This document shows positions 1 to 7,286 of a stretch of 64,000 bases of DNA, one piece after another. The notes beneath the pieces were generated by a model, which saw only the letters and a list, made by a program, of their open reading frames with translations, was not told the origin of the DNA and searched no databases. Both the position numbers and the translations under genes were made by a program. This stretch comes from Escherichia phage EcSzw_1: sequence record MH791413.1; one strand, given 5' to 3'. Positions within the stretch are counted from its first letter, which is position 1. Every line of letters starts with the position of its first letter.

Positions 1-1064
1 GTAGCCCTTAACAGCCTTGTAACATACCCTTTGCAAAATTTTAAAATATCATTAACAAATTCTTAACAACTCTATCAATCTCTTAACATCTCTTCAAAGG
101 TCTTAACAGATTCTTAACAGGACTAACAAGGGTGTAACAGTTATTTAACAAGTGCTACATAGTCTTTACAGAATCTTAACAGATGACTAACAAGAGCTAA
201 CAAGTTAATTTTAAAGGGTTATTTTGTTAAGATAATTAACAAGTTCCTAACAAGTGTTTAATCCTTTTAACAAGCTGTTAACATGGTCACTATCTCTTCT
301 CTTCTCGTTCCCTTAACTTCTCAGTGAATCTCTAAACATCCTCTTAAAAGCTCTGTATAGCTCTGTATAGCCTCTTTTAAGCCCCTTGTAAGGTAACTAT
401 AGCCCAAGTAACTGTAAAGGGCTTTACAGGGCTTTATAGGGGCTTTAAAGGGTATGCCAAGTTGACTAACAAGGATTTAACAAGGTCTTAACAATGATTT
501 AACATACCCCTAACAAGGGTAACTATGCAGGAGTTGTTAAGAATTTGTTAAGAAAATGTTAAGGGGGNTAGCATTTACGTAACTTTTAAGCCACTTTTAA
601 GCAACTTTATAGCCCCTATAACATACTTTTAAGACAATAACAAGCCCTTTTTAGTAGTTCACAAGGGACTAACGAGATGATAAAGCTTGATACCTTATAA
701 GATTCTTTTAAGGCCATAGAAAGCTCTATAAATGGCTTTTAAGAGTGGGTTAATATGATTGCTTAAGTTAGGTTGATAAGCTGTTATAGGGCTTTATAGA
801 GCGTTTTAGAGGGTTGCCCTCCCCTTTGGGTTATGGGCTTATATTTAAGTTGATTTGATAAGATGATATAGAGTAAGCTATAGAGTTATTATTTTTAAGG
901 TCTGGTAAGATTCTCTAAGAGTCTGCATAGGGATTGCATAGACGTAAAAAAGCCCCTATGAGATAGATTCTATGAAGGTAATTCATTACCTGAATCACTA
1001 TCGAATCCATAGAAAGGGGCTGTTAAGGTATCTGGGGCTATTTTAGCCCCGTTGCGGCGTCTCG
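1..1064. repeat. Non-coding repeat-dense region with a dense array of YTAACA(A/G)G-type motifs, CTTTTAAG motifs, short tandem repeats and fragments of the early promoter cassette
   Basis: No ORF of 60 aa or more in any frame. At least 25 copies of (C)TTAACAAG / CTAACAAGG in both orientations within 1-660 (18 in the first 290 bp). Tandem GCTCTGTATAG x2 (350-371) and GGGCTTTAnAGG x3 (418-449). CTTTTAAGCCCCTTGTAA at 377-394 matches the cassette seen upstream of genes at 2142-2222 and 6333-6415. Confidence 0.6.
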
Positions 1065-1313
1065 TTAGTTATGACCGTCCTTGTCATAGTAAAGAGAAAT
1101 GATTTTATCGTTCCAATAGTGCCAATGATTACCATCTTTCACCGCCTCTTGGATAGCTGCAATCCAAAAATCCGATTCAGGGTTATAATCCTTGACAATC
1201 TGGCTAACAAGGCTTTTCACCATATCAAAAGCACTATCTGTACTGATAATGTCAAATTTAACATCCAGTGAGTAAAAACCATATTCGTTAACAGTTGCGC
1301 GGATAGTTGCCAT
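1065..1313 (-). CDS. Hypothetical small early protein (82 aa)
   Basis: ORF in track; ATG at 1311-1313 directly preceded by conserved SD/leader cassette. Confidence 0.5.
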   Translation of the reverse strand: MATIRATVNEYGFYSLDVKFDIISTDSAFDMVKSLVSQIVKDYNPESDFWIAAIQEAVKDGNHWHYWNDKIISLYYDKDGHN

Positions 1314-1400
1314 CTTTGATTCTCCAGTTTAGGATTGATTTGGTAAAGCTCTTTATCTGGGGCTTATACTATCGAACTATAAACCCCTTGTAAAGCACTT
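1314..1400 (-). promoter_or_regulatory. Early promoter/leader cassette copy 1
   Basis: Plus-strand consensus CATTTTGAATCTCCAGTTTAGGATTGATTTGGTAAAGCTCTTTATCTGGGGCTTATACTATCGAACTATAAACCCCTTGTAAAGCAC. On the minus strand: -35 TTTACA (1389-1394), 17-nt spacer, -10 TAGTAT (1366-1371), SD GGAG, ATG. Confidence 0.5.
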
Positions 1401-1598
1401 TTAATACATTTTATCGAATAACTGGTTTATTGCAGCAACTGCATGATTTTTAAAGTTTAAGTTGTTAGTGTTATCAGAAAACACTACTTCAGTGTTGTAA
1501 GTGATTTCTAGTGATACAAACGAACCATTTACATTTAAAGAATAGGATACACCTTTTAAGCACCACAAGGTAGACAGCTTTTGCATTAAATCTTTCAT
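1401..1598 (-). CDS. Hypothetical small early protein (65 aa)
   Basis: ORF in track; ATG at 1596-1598 preceded by conserved leader AAACTGGAGATTCAAG. Confidence 0.5.
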   Translation of the reverse strand: MKDLMQKLSTLWCLKGVSYSLNVNGSFVSLEITYNTEVVFSDNTNNLNFKNHAVAAINQLFDKMY

Positions 1599-1799
1599 CT
1601 TGAATCTCCAGTTTAGGAAGTAAGCTTGATTGCTTGATAGATACTATAGGGCTTTTAGAAAGTGATTGCAAGCCCTTTTTAGTCTTATCTATAAAGAATC
1701 TTTTAAGTGATTCCTTTTAGATAAAACCCCCTCGAACAAATGTACTATTGTCAAGGGGTATCGTCAAGTAATTTTTGAAAGTTTTTTGTAAGTTGTTGA
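1599..1799 (-). promoter_or_regulatory. Early promoter/leader cassette copy 2 (variant, with hairpin)
   Basis: Conserved leader CTTGAATCTCCAGTTTAGGAAG. Minus strand -35 TTGCAA, 17 nt, -10 TATAGT. Hairpin AGGGCTT / AAGCCCT at 1648-1676 followed by T-tract on the plus strand. Confidence 0.4.
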
Positions 1800-2141
1800 T
1801 TAACTTATAAAGATTTTTTCAGGCTTGACGTAGTTCATTTTTTGGCCTTTAAGTAAATCACTCCAGATTAAAGCGGCAATGTGACCATAACCGGATTCAC
1901 GTAGCGCTTTCATCGTGTTGACTTTTGTTTCAAATCGTGTTGCGTAGTATTCACTGTTAAGGGTTGTTTTGTTCCCTTCATTGTCTGTATGAATGATTTG
2001 CATCACATGAAACGGGCTAACATCCTCTCCGAGATTCCATTGCTCAAAGTATTTTAAACACTGCATAGGCGACATATTATCACTGACTCGTGTAGACCAT
2101 GATGAATTTTCTTTATCGGTAATTACGGTTACATGTGCCAT
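1800..2141 (-). CDS. Hypothetical early protein (113 aa)
   Basis: ORF in track; ATG at 2139-2141 followed by cassette. Confidence 0.5.
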   Translation of the reverse strand: MAHVTVITDKENSSWSTRVSDNMSPMQCLKYFEQWNLGEDVSPFHVMQIIHTDNEGNKTTLNSEYYATRFETKVNTMKALRESGYGHIAALIWSDLLKGQKMNYVKPEKIFIS

Positions 2142-2222
2142 CTTTGAATCTCCAGTTTAGGAAAGCTCTTTATCTGGGGCTTATGGTATCAAGCTTTTAA
2201 GCCCCTTGTANTTGTAAATCTC
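2142..2222 (-). promoter_or_regulatory. Early promoter/leader cassette copy 3
   Basis: CTTTGAATCTCCAGTTTAGGAAAGCTCTTTATCTGGGGCTTATGGTATCAAGCTTTTAAGCCCCTTGTA; N at 2211. Confidence 0.45.
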
Positions 2223-2444
2223 TAAAAATTCATCTTCATTAACATTTTCGTAGTATTCTGCGTTTTCGTCTTCACCTTGTAAGACATAGCAGCCCATTCT
2301 AGACGATTTCGGGTATTCTTGTCTAGCAATATTGCAAGCTTCTACCGCGTTTTGTTTAGTTCCTTCAAAGGATTCTAAAACCCCATAATGGCAATTATTA
2401 GCCCCAGAGCATACAGCAAGCATGAGATAGATTGTAGTTAACAT
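2181..2444 (-). CDS. Hypothetical small secreted or lipoprotein-like protein (87 aa)
   Basis: Hydrophobic N-terminus MLTTIYLMLAVCSG. 3' end reads through the N at 2211 into the cassette (C-terminal YKGLKSLIP is cassette-encoded), so the true stop is uncertain. Confidence 0.4.
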   Translation of the reverse strand: MLTTIYLMLAVCSGANNCHYGVLESFEGTKQNAVEACNIARQEYPKSSRMGCYVLQGEDENAEYYENVNEDEFLEIYXYKGLKSLIP

Positions 2445-2507
2445 GATTTAAGCCCCTTGCAAGCCCCTATGCGGGGCTTTTTAATGTTGTTAGTGTGATT
2501 GTATGGT

Positions 2508-3065
2508 TTACGCTAAAACGTCGTTTACAGTGCTTTCTGTTAAGCTTTCCTGCATTGCGTCTAGCATGTTGCAATAGATAATTGAACTATCATCAGTATT
2601 TTGAATAAAGCTTGCAACTTCTTCAAGTTTTTCATCAACATAGCCTAAATTTGGATTTTTTAAGTTAGGTACAAAAAACGGTGAATACATAGAGTTAAAT
2701 TCTGTGATGTAAACCTTTTTAATCCAATCTTTATCAAAAGATTCTGTAAAGCTTGCGATATCACTCATATTTTCACAAGACCAATCATCTTGCAATTCAT
2801 ATTCTGGAATGTCAAGTTCTAAGATAACAATATTTTGGGTTTTCATCTGAAAAGCTGCTGTGATTGTAGCACTATCAAGAGCATTGCGTAAACCTTCATT
2901 AGTAATTTCTTCAGCATTCATAGAATCAAGGTCATAGAATTTATTAACAGGGTAAACGTAAAAACAACCATCACTATCAGAGCAATTCCAAGCGCCTGAT
3001 GGTTTATCACCGCCATTGATGAGGTTTACAAAGTTTTCTTGAGTAGTACCGTGAAAGCATTTCAT
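2508..3065 (-). CDS. Hypothetical early protein (185 aa)
   Basis: ORF in track; ATG at 3063-3065 followed by cassette. Confidence 0.55.
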   Translation of the reverse strand: MKCFHGTTQENFVNLINGGDKPSGAWNCSDSDGCFYVYPVNKFYDLDSMNAEEITNEGLRNALDSATITAAFQMKTQNIVILELDIPEYELQDDWSCENMSDIASFTESFDKDWIKKVYITEFNSMYSPFFVPNLKNPNLGYVDEKLEEVASFIQNTDDSSIIYCNMLDAMQESLTESTVNDVLA

Positions 3066-3117
3066 TTTGAATCTCCAGTTTAGGATTGATTTGGTAAATC
3101 TCTTTATCTGGGGCTAT
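3066..3117 (-). promoter_or_regulatory. Early promoter/leader cassette copy 4 (interrupted by N run 3118-3124)
   Basis: TTTGAATCTCCAGTTTAGGATTGATTTGGTAAATCTCTTTATCTGGGGCTAT then NNNNNNN. Confidence 0.4.
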
Positions 3118-3368
3118 NNNNNNNTAGTTTTCTTTGAGAAAATTAGTTTAACTGCAACCGTGGGAAGTTCTTCAATACTTGTAAAAAGCGTTACCTTTTG
3201 AGTAACAACCTTGTAACCATTTTTTGCAGCGTATGCCGTGAAACGATTAACCGTATAACTATAAGTTTTTGATGTGTTGTCTGACATATGGTACAAATAG
3301 GGCTTGCCTAAATTTTGAGATTGTGTTAACAGTCGGCAAGTATCAGGAACGTTTAAATAATTAAGCAT
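3114..3368 (-). CDS. Hypothetical small early protein (about 84 aa; 3' end obscured by N run)
   Basis: ORF in track; ATG at 3366-3368; C-terminal codons contain the N run. Confidence 0.4.
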   Translation of the reverse strand: MLNYLNVPDTCRLLTQSQNLGKPYLYHMSDNTSKTYSYTVNRFTAYAAKNGYKVVTQKVTLFTSIEELPTVAVKLIFSKKTXXX

Positions 3369-3453
3369 TTAGATTCTCCAGTTTAGGAAGTGGGATTGCT
3401 TGCCCGTCTGATAAGTAATTTAAGCTATTTAAAAACCAGTGTCAATAGATTTT
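3369..3453 (-). promoter_or_regulatory. Early promoter/leader cassette copy 5 (B-type)
   Basis: TTAGATTCTCCAGTTTAGGAAGTGGGATTGCTTGCCCGTCTGATAAGTAATTT; same B-type at 4211 and 6787. Confidence 0.4.
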
Positions 3454-3858
3454 TTAAAGTTCTGCGTAAATTGCATCACAGATATCACGAAAATCATAGC
3501 TTGTCAAGTTACGTTGTAACCATGTTGCGAAAAAATCAGCTATTGCAAAATTTGCATCATACTCAACAGATAACCACACTTTTACAGCAAATCGAAACAT
3601 TTTCAAGTCAAGTTCTTTATTCATTACTTTTGATTTGCCTAACATGTCAACCATTTCATATTGTGCGCCGTCAAGTGTAACACCTGATGCAACATTTGCA
3701 AGTGAATTTTTTACGCTTTCAACGTCTAAGATTGCACCTTGAATCTTTCCGATAATGTTATGCAGTGTTTCGTCTGGTGCTGCTGATGTAATTACGTTGA
3801 TGCGATTAACGGTCAAACGTGCTTTCAGGATTGCAGTGTCACGAGTATTCATAGCCAT
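3454..3858 (-). CDS. Hypothetical early protein (134 aa)
   Basis: ORF in track; ATG at 3856-3858 followed by cassette. Confidence 0.5.
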   Translation of the reverse strand: MAMNTRDTAILKARLTVNRINVITSAAPDETLHNIIGKIQGAILDVESVKNSLANVASGVTLDGAQYEMVDMLGKSKVMNKELDLKMFRFAVKVWLSVEYDANFAIADFFATWLQRNLTSYDFRDICDAIYAEL

Positions 3859-3945
3859 TTTTAAATCTCCAGTTTAGGGGTTATCGATAAAATCTCTTTA
3901 TCTGGGGCTATACTAGCAAACTTTATAACCCCATGTAANAGACTA
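3859..3945 (-). promoter_or_regulatory. Early promoter/leader cassette copy 6
   Basis: TTTTAAATCTCCAGTTTAGGGGTTATCGATAAAATCTCTTTATCTGGGGCTATACTAGCAAACTTTATAACCCCATGTAA; N at 3939. Confidence 0.45.
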
Positions 3946-4210
3946 AATACAACTTTTTCCCGTTAACAATGATGTAACTTACACCGCTATTGCTGTAAAC
4001 ATCTTGATAGATTCTGCGTAACTTGCCTGAATAGCGCACTTTCCAAGATGTAGGAATCTTTTTACCGTATCCGGTGGATGTTTTTTGTAAACCTGCTAAT
4101 TGCCAATCTAAAATGTGTTGTTCTGCTGTTAACTCTTCAAAGTTTAATACGCCGTCTACATAGTGCTTTAAAGTAACGTTTAAGGTGTGACCATTATTTG
4201 TAGTATACAT
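3923..4210 (-). CDS. Hypothetical small early protein (95 aa)
   Basis: ORF in track; 3' end overlaps cassette and contains N at 3939. Confidence 0.4.
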   Translation of the reverse strand: MYTTNNGHTLNVTLKHYVDGVLNFEELTAEQHILDWQLAGLQKTSTGYGKKIPTSWKVRYSGKLRRIYQDVYSNSGVSYIIVNGKKLYLVXYMGL

Positions 4211-4302
4211 TTTGAATCTCCAGTTTAGGAAGTGGGCTTGCTTGCCCGTCTGATAAGTAATTTACTTGTTTCCGTTACCAGTTGCAAGCCCTTTTTAGAA
4301 AT
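4211..4302 (-). promoter_or_regulatory. Early promoter/leader cassette copy 7 (B-type)
   Basis: TTTGAATCTCCAGTTTAGGAAGTGGGCTTGCTTGCCCGTCTGATAAGTAATTTA plus GTTGCAAGCCCTTTTTAG element shared with copy 2. Confidence 0.4.
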
Positions 4303-4626
4303 TTATTTCCGTTTGCTTATCTCGTGAACAATAACAGCGTGATAATCTTTCAAATTACTAATATTTAAAGCATTTAGTAAAGCATTATAATCATCAACTA
4401 ACTGAAAATCACCGCTTAGAATGTCACTAACCTGATATGTGTTAGCCTTGAATCTGAAGCCCATCTCTAAACGCTTTAATTGTTCTACGTTTAAACGCTC
4501 TAGAAAGGACGTCACAAGGTTATTATTGATTTGCCTTGTGATTGCATCACTTGCCGCCTGATGCGCTTTATAGGCTTTATACAGTGCTAAAATAGCAATA
4601 AATAAGGCAACTCCAGAAATTAGCAT
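4303..4626 (-). CDS. Hypothetical membrane protein (107 aa)
   Basis: N-terminal hydrophobic helix MLISGVALFIAILALY; start overlaps end of upstream gene. Confidence 0.5.
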   Translation of the reverse strand: MLISGVALFIAILALYKAYKAHQAASDAITRQINNNLVTSFLERLNVEQLKRLEMGFRFKANTYQVSDILSGDFQLVDDYNALLNALNISNLKDYHAVIVHEISKRK

Positions 4627-4916
4627 GATGATTTACCTTTATGAAATAGTTTACCAGTGTGACTAATCTCAAAAGAATCTATCATATCTTTTGTTGATTT
4701 AACAGAACTTTTATTTGCATTGTCATAGATATCTACCTGAAGCAATGGCTTTTTGTATTCTTTACAAAAGTTCCAAATACAGACAACAACTTCTTTACCA
4801 TTGATTTTTCCGTGATACCATTCTGTTACTTCATGAGTACGGCGCATAGATTCTACAAATTTGATATCTTGTAAAAGTTTGCTCAACTTGGAACGTACAT
4901 TTGCAGCAATAAACAT
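4620..4916 (-). CDS. Hypothetical early protein (98 aa)
   Basis: ORF in track; ATG at 4914-4916 followed by cassette. Confidence 0.5.
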   Translation of the reverse strand: MFIAANVRSKLSKLLQDIKFVESMRRTHEVTEWYHGKINGKEVVVCIWNFCKEYKKPLLQVDIYDNANKSSVKSTKDMIDSFEISHTGKLFHKGKSSC

Positions 4917-5006
4917 TTTAGAATCTCCAGTTTAGGATTGATTTGGTAAATCTCTTTATCTGGGGCTATNCTTATCAACCTGATAACCCCATGTAAAGCA
5001 ATTTAT
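4917..5006 (-). promoter_or_regulatory. Early promoter/leader cassette copy 8
   Basis: TTTAGAATCTCCAGTTTAGGATTGATTTGGTAAATCTCTTTATCTGGGGCTAT(N)CTTATCAACCTGATAACCCCATGTAAAGCAAT. Confidence 0.45.
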
Positions 5007-5519
5007 TTAGATATCAAAAATATTCATCATTAAATCTTTCAAGGCTTCTAAACGTTCCATGACTTCAGATTCTGCGTCTGCGTTGCTTACTTCCTCTTTT
5101 AGTCTATCCTCTAAATCGTCGCCGTCGCTATAGCACCAATCAAAGGCATATCCAAGATAAAAACTATCTAAAACCGTGTTTCCGTTTGCAGCTACAACTT
5201 TTGCAGATAGGCTATATTCTGAAGCCTCTAAATCCCTTTCTAGTTCTTTCTGTAAGCTGATGTAAGCCTCTCGTGATGGATTTTCCCGGCCTTGTTTTGC
5301 ATAGTCGCTAGAAAGCTGTTTAAGGCTATAGCGTAAAGGGATTGCATATTCAAATTCATTACGTTGATAGTTAGGATTCTTAATAGTTACCCCGCCTTGA
5401 TGGTTGTTTGTAAATTCCCAATCACTGATGTTATGGCTTGCTTCATAGCAGTTAACAGCTTCATATATGATAGAGAATTTCTCTTTTACAACTTCAAAGG
5501 TAGCGTCTACAGTTTTCAT
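5007..5519 (-). CDS. Hypothetical early protein (170 aa)
   Basis: ORF in track; ATG at 5517-5519 followed by cassette. Confidence 0.55.
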   Translation of the reverse strand: MKTVDATFEVVKEKFSIIYEAVNCYEASHNISDWEFTNNHQGGVTIKNPNYQRNEFEYAIPLRYSLKQLSSDYAKQGRENPSREAYISLQKELERDLEASEYSLSAKVVAANGNTVLDSFYLGYAFDWCYSDGDDLEDRLKEEVSNADAESEVMERLEALKDLMMNIFDI

Positions 5520-5604
5520 TTTGAATCTCCAGTTTAGGATTGATTGTAAAGCTCTTTATCTGGGGCTTATATTAGCAACTCATAAACCCCATGTAAAGCA
5601 CTTT
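5520..5604 (-). promoter_or_regulatory. Early promoter/leader cassette copy 9
   Basis: Minus strand -35 TTTACA, 17 nt, -10 TAATAT, SD GGAG; plus-strand TTGAATCTCCAGTTTAGGATTGATTGTAAAGCTCTTTATCTGGGGCTTATATTAGCAACTCATAAACCCCATGTAAAGCAC. Confidence 0.5.
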
Positions 5605-5862
5605 TTAGATTAAATTTGCAGTTAATGCCAAGTGCATTTTATAACCTTGTATAGTGTAAACATTGGTTTTACCAATAGTCTTTACACCTTTGAAAAGGTT
5701 GTAAGAGTTATGCTTTAAGTTTAATTGCTTGTCACACTTTACGCCCCATCTTACAGCAGAATCTTTCCCGTTGTCAATCACTTTTCCGTCTAAATCTTTT
5801 GCCAGTAAACGAGCGTTATCACGAGTTTTTGCATTAACTACTACGTTTTTGATGATAGCCAT
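5605..5862 (-). CDS. Hypothetical small early protein (85 aa)
   Basis: ORF in track; ATG at 5860-5862 followed by cassette. Confidence 0.5.
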   Translation of the reverse strand: MAIIKNVVVNAKTRDNARLLAKDLDGKVIDNGKDSAVRWGVKCDKQLNLKHNSYNLFKGVKTIGKTNVYTIQGYKMHLALTANLI

Positions 5863-5951
5863 TTTTGAATCTCCAGTTTAGGGGTTATTGATAAAATCTC
5901 TTTATCTGGGGCTTATACTATCGAACTATAAACCCCCTGTAAAGCACTTTA
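5863..5951 (-). promoter_or_regulatory. Early promoter/leader cassette copy 10
   Basis: Near-identical to copy 1 (GGGGCTTATACTATCGAACTATAAACCCCCTGTAAAGCAC); -35 TTTACA, 17 nt, -10 TAGTAT on the minus strand. Confidence 0.5.
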
Positions 5952-6332
5952 TTAGCTAATTTTAAAGATAGTCACATAGCCATCACTACCAATCATCTGA
6001 GAAACACCAGCTTTCTCGACATTGTAACCCATTTTATCAAGATGGTAAATTGCATCTTCATAGCCGTAGGCATCACCTTGATAACGTCTCTTCTCACATT
6101 TTATCAAGGTTTTACCACGTCCAGCAAGTGCATTAATGATAGCTTTATCACCTGATAAACTACCATCTAACATAGTTGCGCGATAATGGTTTATTTTGTT
6201 GCCATTTACATCATACTTAAAATTATATGCGTGAACAACAATTATTTTACCTTTGAATTTTTCATCAAGTGTTTTCTCCAGTACATCGCGGAAGTTTTCT
6301 TTATTGATGAATTTAGGCGCACGATATTTCAT
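5952..6332 (-). CDS. Hypothetical early protein (126 aa)
   Basis: ORF in track; ATG at 6330-6332 followed by cassette. Confidence 0.55.
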   Translation of the reverse strand: MKYRAPKFINKENFRDVLEKTLDEKFKGKIIVVHAYNFKYDVNGNKINHYRATMLDGSLSGDKAIINALAGRGKTLIKCEKRRYQGDAYGYEDAIYHLDKMGYNVEKAGVSQMIGSDGYVTIFKIS

Positions 6333-6415
6333 TTTGAATCTCCAGTTTAGGATTGATTATAAAGCTCTTTATCTGGGGCTTATGGTATCAAGCTTTTAAG
6401 CCCCTTGTANGCAAT
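6333..6415 (-). promoter_or_regulatory. Early promoter/leader cassette copy 11
   Basis: Near-identical to copy 3 (…GGGGCTTATGGTATCAAGCTTTTAAGCCCCTTGTA); N at 6410. Confidence 0.45.
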
Positions 6416-6568
6416 AATTTTTATAACTTCTTTTAGTGTGATGTTTTCGCCATTTGTCAAGGCTAAACATTTGTTACCAGTGCATGACAAGTAACTAAAC
6501 GAGACTTTACCAGTTTTAGAAAATCCGTCAAGCCCTTTGTAAGTGATGATAGAGTTTTCTTTTATCAT
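6380..6568 (-). CDS. Hypothetical small early protein (62 aa)
   Basis: ORF in track; 3' end reads through N at 6410 into cassette (same cassette-encoded C-terminus YKGLKSLIP as 2181..2444). Confidence 0.35.
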   Translation of the reverse strand: MIKENSIITYKGLDGFSKTGKVSFSYLSCTGNKCLALTNGENITLKEVIKIIXYKGLKSLIP

Positions 6569-6579
6569 TCATCAAGCCC

Positions 6580-6786
6580 TTAAACGTCATAATAGTAAAT
6601 TGCAGTATGTCTAATATGCTTTCTTGTGTGAGTTGTCAAGTAACAATCTGAATTAATTGACGTGTTTACATATGTATCATAATCTTTCTCTGATATACGT
6701 TGCCACACATCACAAATTAGCATATAAAAGCGACGATGTTTAGTCTCAGTATTATCTACAATCATTAACTCACGTTGATATAACAT
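6580..6786 (-). CDS. Hypothetical small early protein (68 aa; start moved to ATG at 6784-6786)
   Basis: Track ORF starts at a TTG at 6834 inside the cassette. The ATG at 6784-6786 sits at the same distance from the TCTCCAGTTTAGG leader as in all other copies. Confidence 0.5.
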   Translation of the reverse strand: MLYQRELMIVDNTETKHRRFYMLICDVWQRISEKDYDTYVNTSINSDCYLTTHTRKHIRHTAIYYYDV

Positions 6787-6870
6787 TTTGAATCTCCAGT
6801 TTAGGAAGTGGTCTTGTTTGCCCGTCTGATGCAAATACTAAATAACTTTGTTTTGCAGGTCAAGCAAATT
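6787..6870 (-). promoter_or_regulatory. Early promoter/leader cassette copy 12 (B-type)
   Basis: TTTGAATCTCCAGTTTAGGAAGTGGTCTTGTTTGCCCGTCTGATGCAAAT. Confidence 0.4.
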
Positions 6871-6983
6871 TTTAAAAATATTTTCAGGAATTGCCAGAGA
6901 TGAACGGGCGCACGACTACCACAAAACATAGCACAAATCAAGAATTATTTTTCAGTTCTCTACAGATTTTTCTCTTGACTTTT

Positions 6984-7019
6984 GGGGAGAGGGGGAGTAA
7001 GAGGGGGAGAGGGGCAGGG
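6984..7019. repeat. G-tract cluster (GGGG, GGGGG, GGGGG, GGGG, GGG), potential G-quadruplex; C-rich on the transcribed minus strand
   Basis: TTTGGGGAGAGGGGGAGTAAGAGGGGGAGAGGGGCAGGGC read directly; compositionally unusual against the AT-rich surroundings. Confidence 0.5.
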
Positions 7020-7036
7020 CTGGCACTATCTACCTA

Positions 7037-7219
7037 CCTGCACAATTCTAAAATGATTTTTCTTGCCCGACACTCGCCGGGTCTGCACGTTTTGAAAATG
7101 AAAAATCTCTTTGGAGTCCACCTGCACAAATTGAAAATGAATTTTCCCTTTGGAGTTCAAAATTTTCTCTACAGATTTCTGTCCAGACTTTTACCTGCAC
7201 AATTTTAAAATGAAAAAGC
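7037..7219. repeat. Four direct repeats of a ~26 bp unit CCTGCACAAWTTNAAAATGAWWWWNC (starts 7037, 7082, 7121, 7194) plus two copies each of CTCTACAGATTT (6959, 7167) and CTTTGGAGTYCA (7108, 7148)
   Basis: Read directly from sequence; the only ORF across it (6891..7208 +) translates repeats and the G-tract. Confidence 0.55.
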
Positions 7220-7286
7220 CCTCCTTACCTGAAAATTTTACCAGATAAGAAAGGCTTAGTCTATTGTGAATATGCTACAGAGTTTC

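Noticed and set aside
1648-1680. Rho-independent terminator for the early operon
   Set aside because: Hairpin plus T-tract is oriented for plus-strand transcription while all surrounding genes are on the minus strand; kept only as part of cassette copy 2.
2462-2482. Terminator hairpin AGCCCC-TATGC-GGGGCT followed by TTTT
   Set aside because: Same orientation problem (plus-strand polarity in a minus-strand gene array); may be a 5' UTR structure, not called as terminator.
1314-6870. CRISPR array suggested by regularly recurring ~80 bp repeats
   Set aside because: Repeats are separated by protein-coding genes of very different lengths (62-185 aa), contain promoter -35/-10 and Shine-Dalgarno elements, and have no cas genes nearby; they are promoter/leader cassettes.
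6891-7208. Plus-strand ORF of 105 aa
   Set aside because: Lies entirely within the G-tract and direct-repeat region; its translation is low-complexity repeat sequence (Gly/Arg/Glu from the G-runs) with no start context; likely non-coding.
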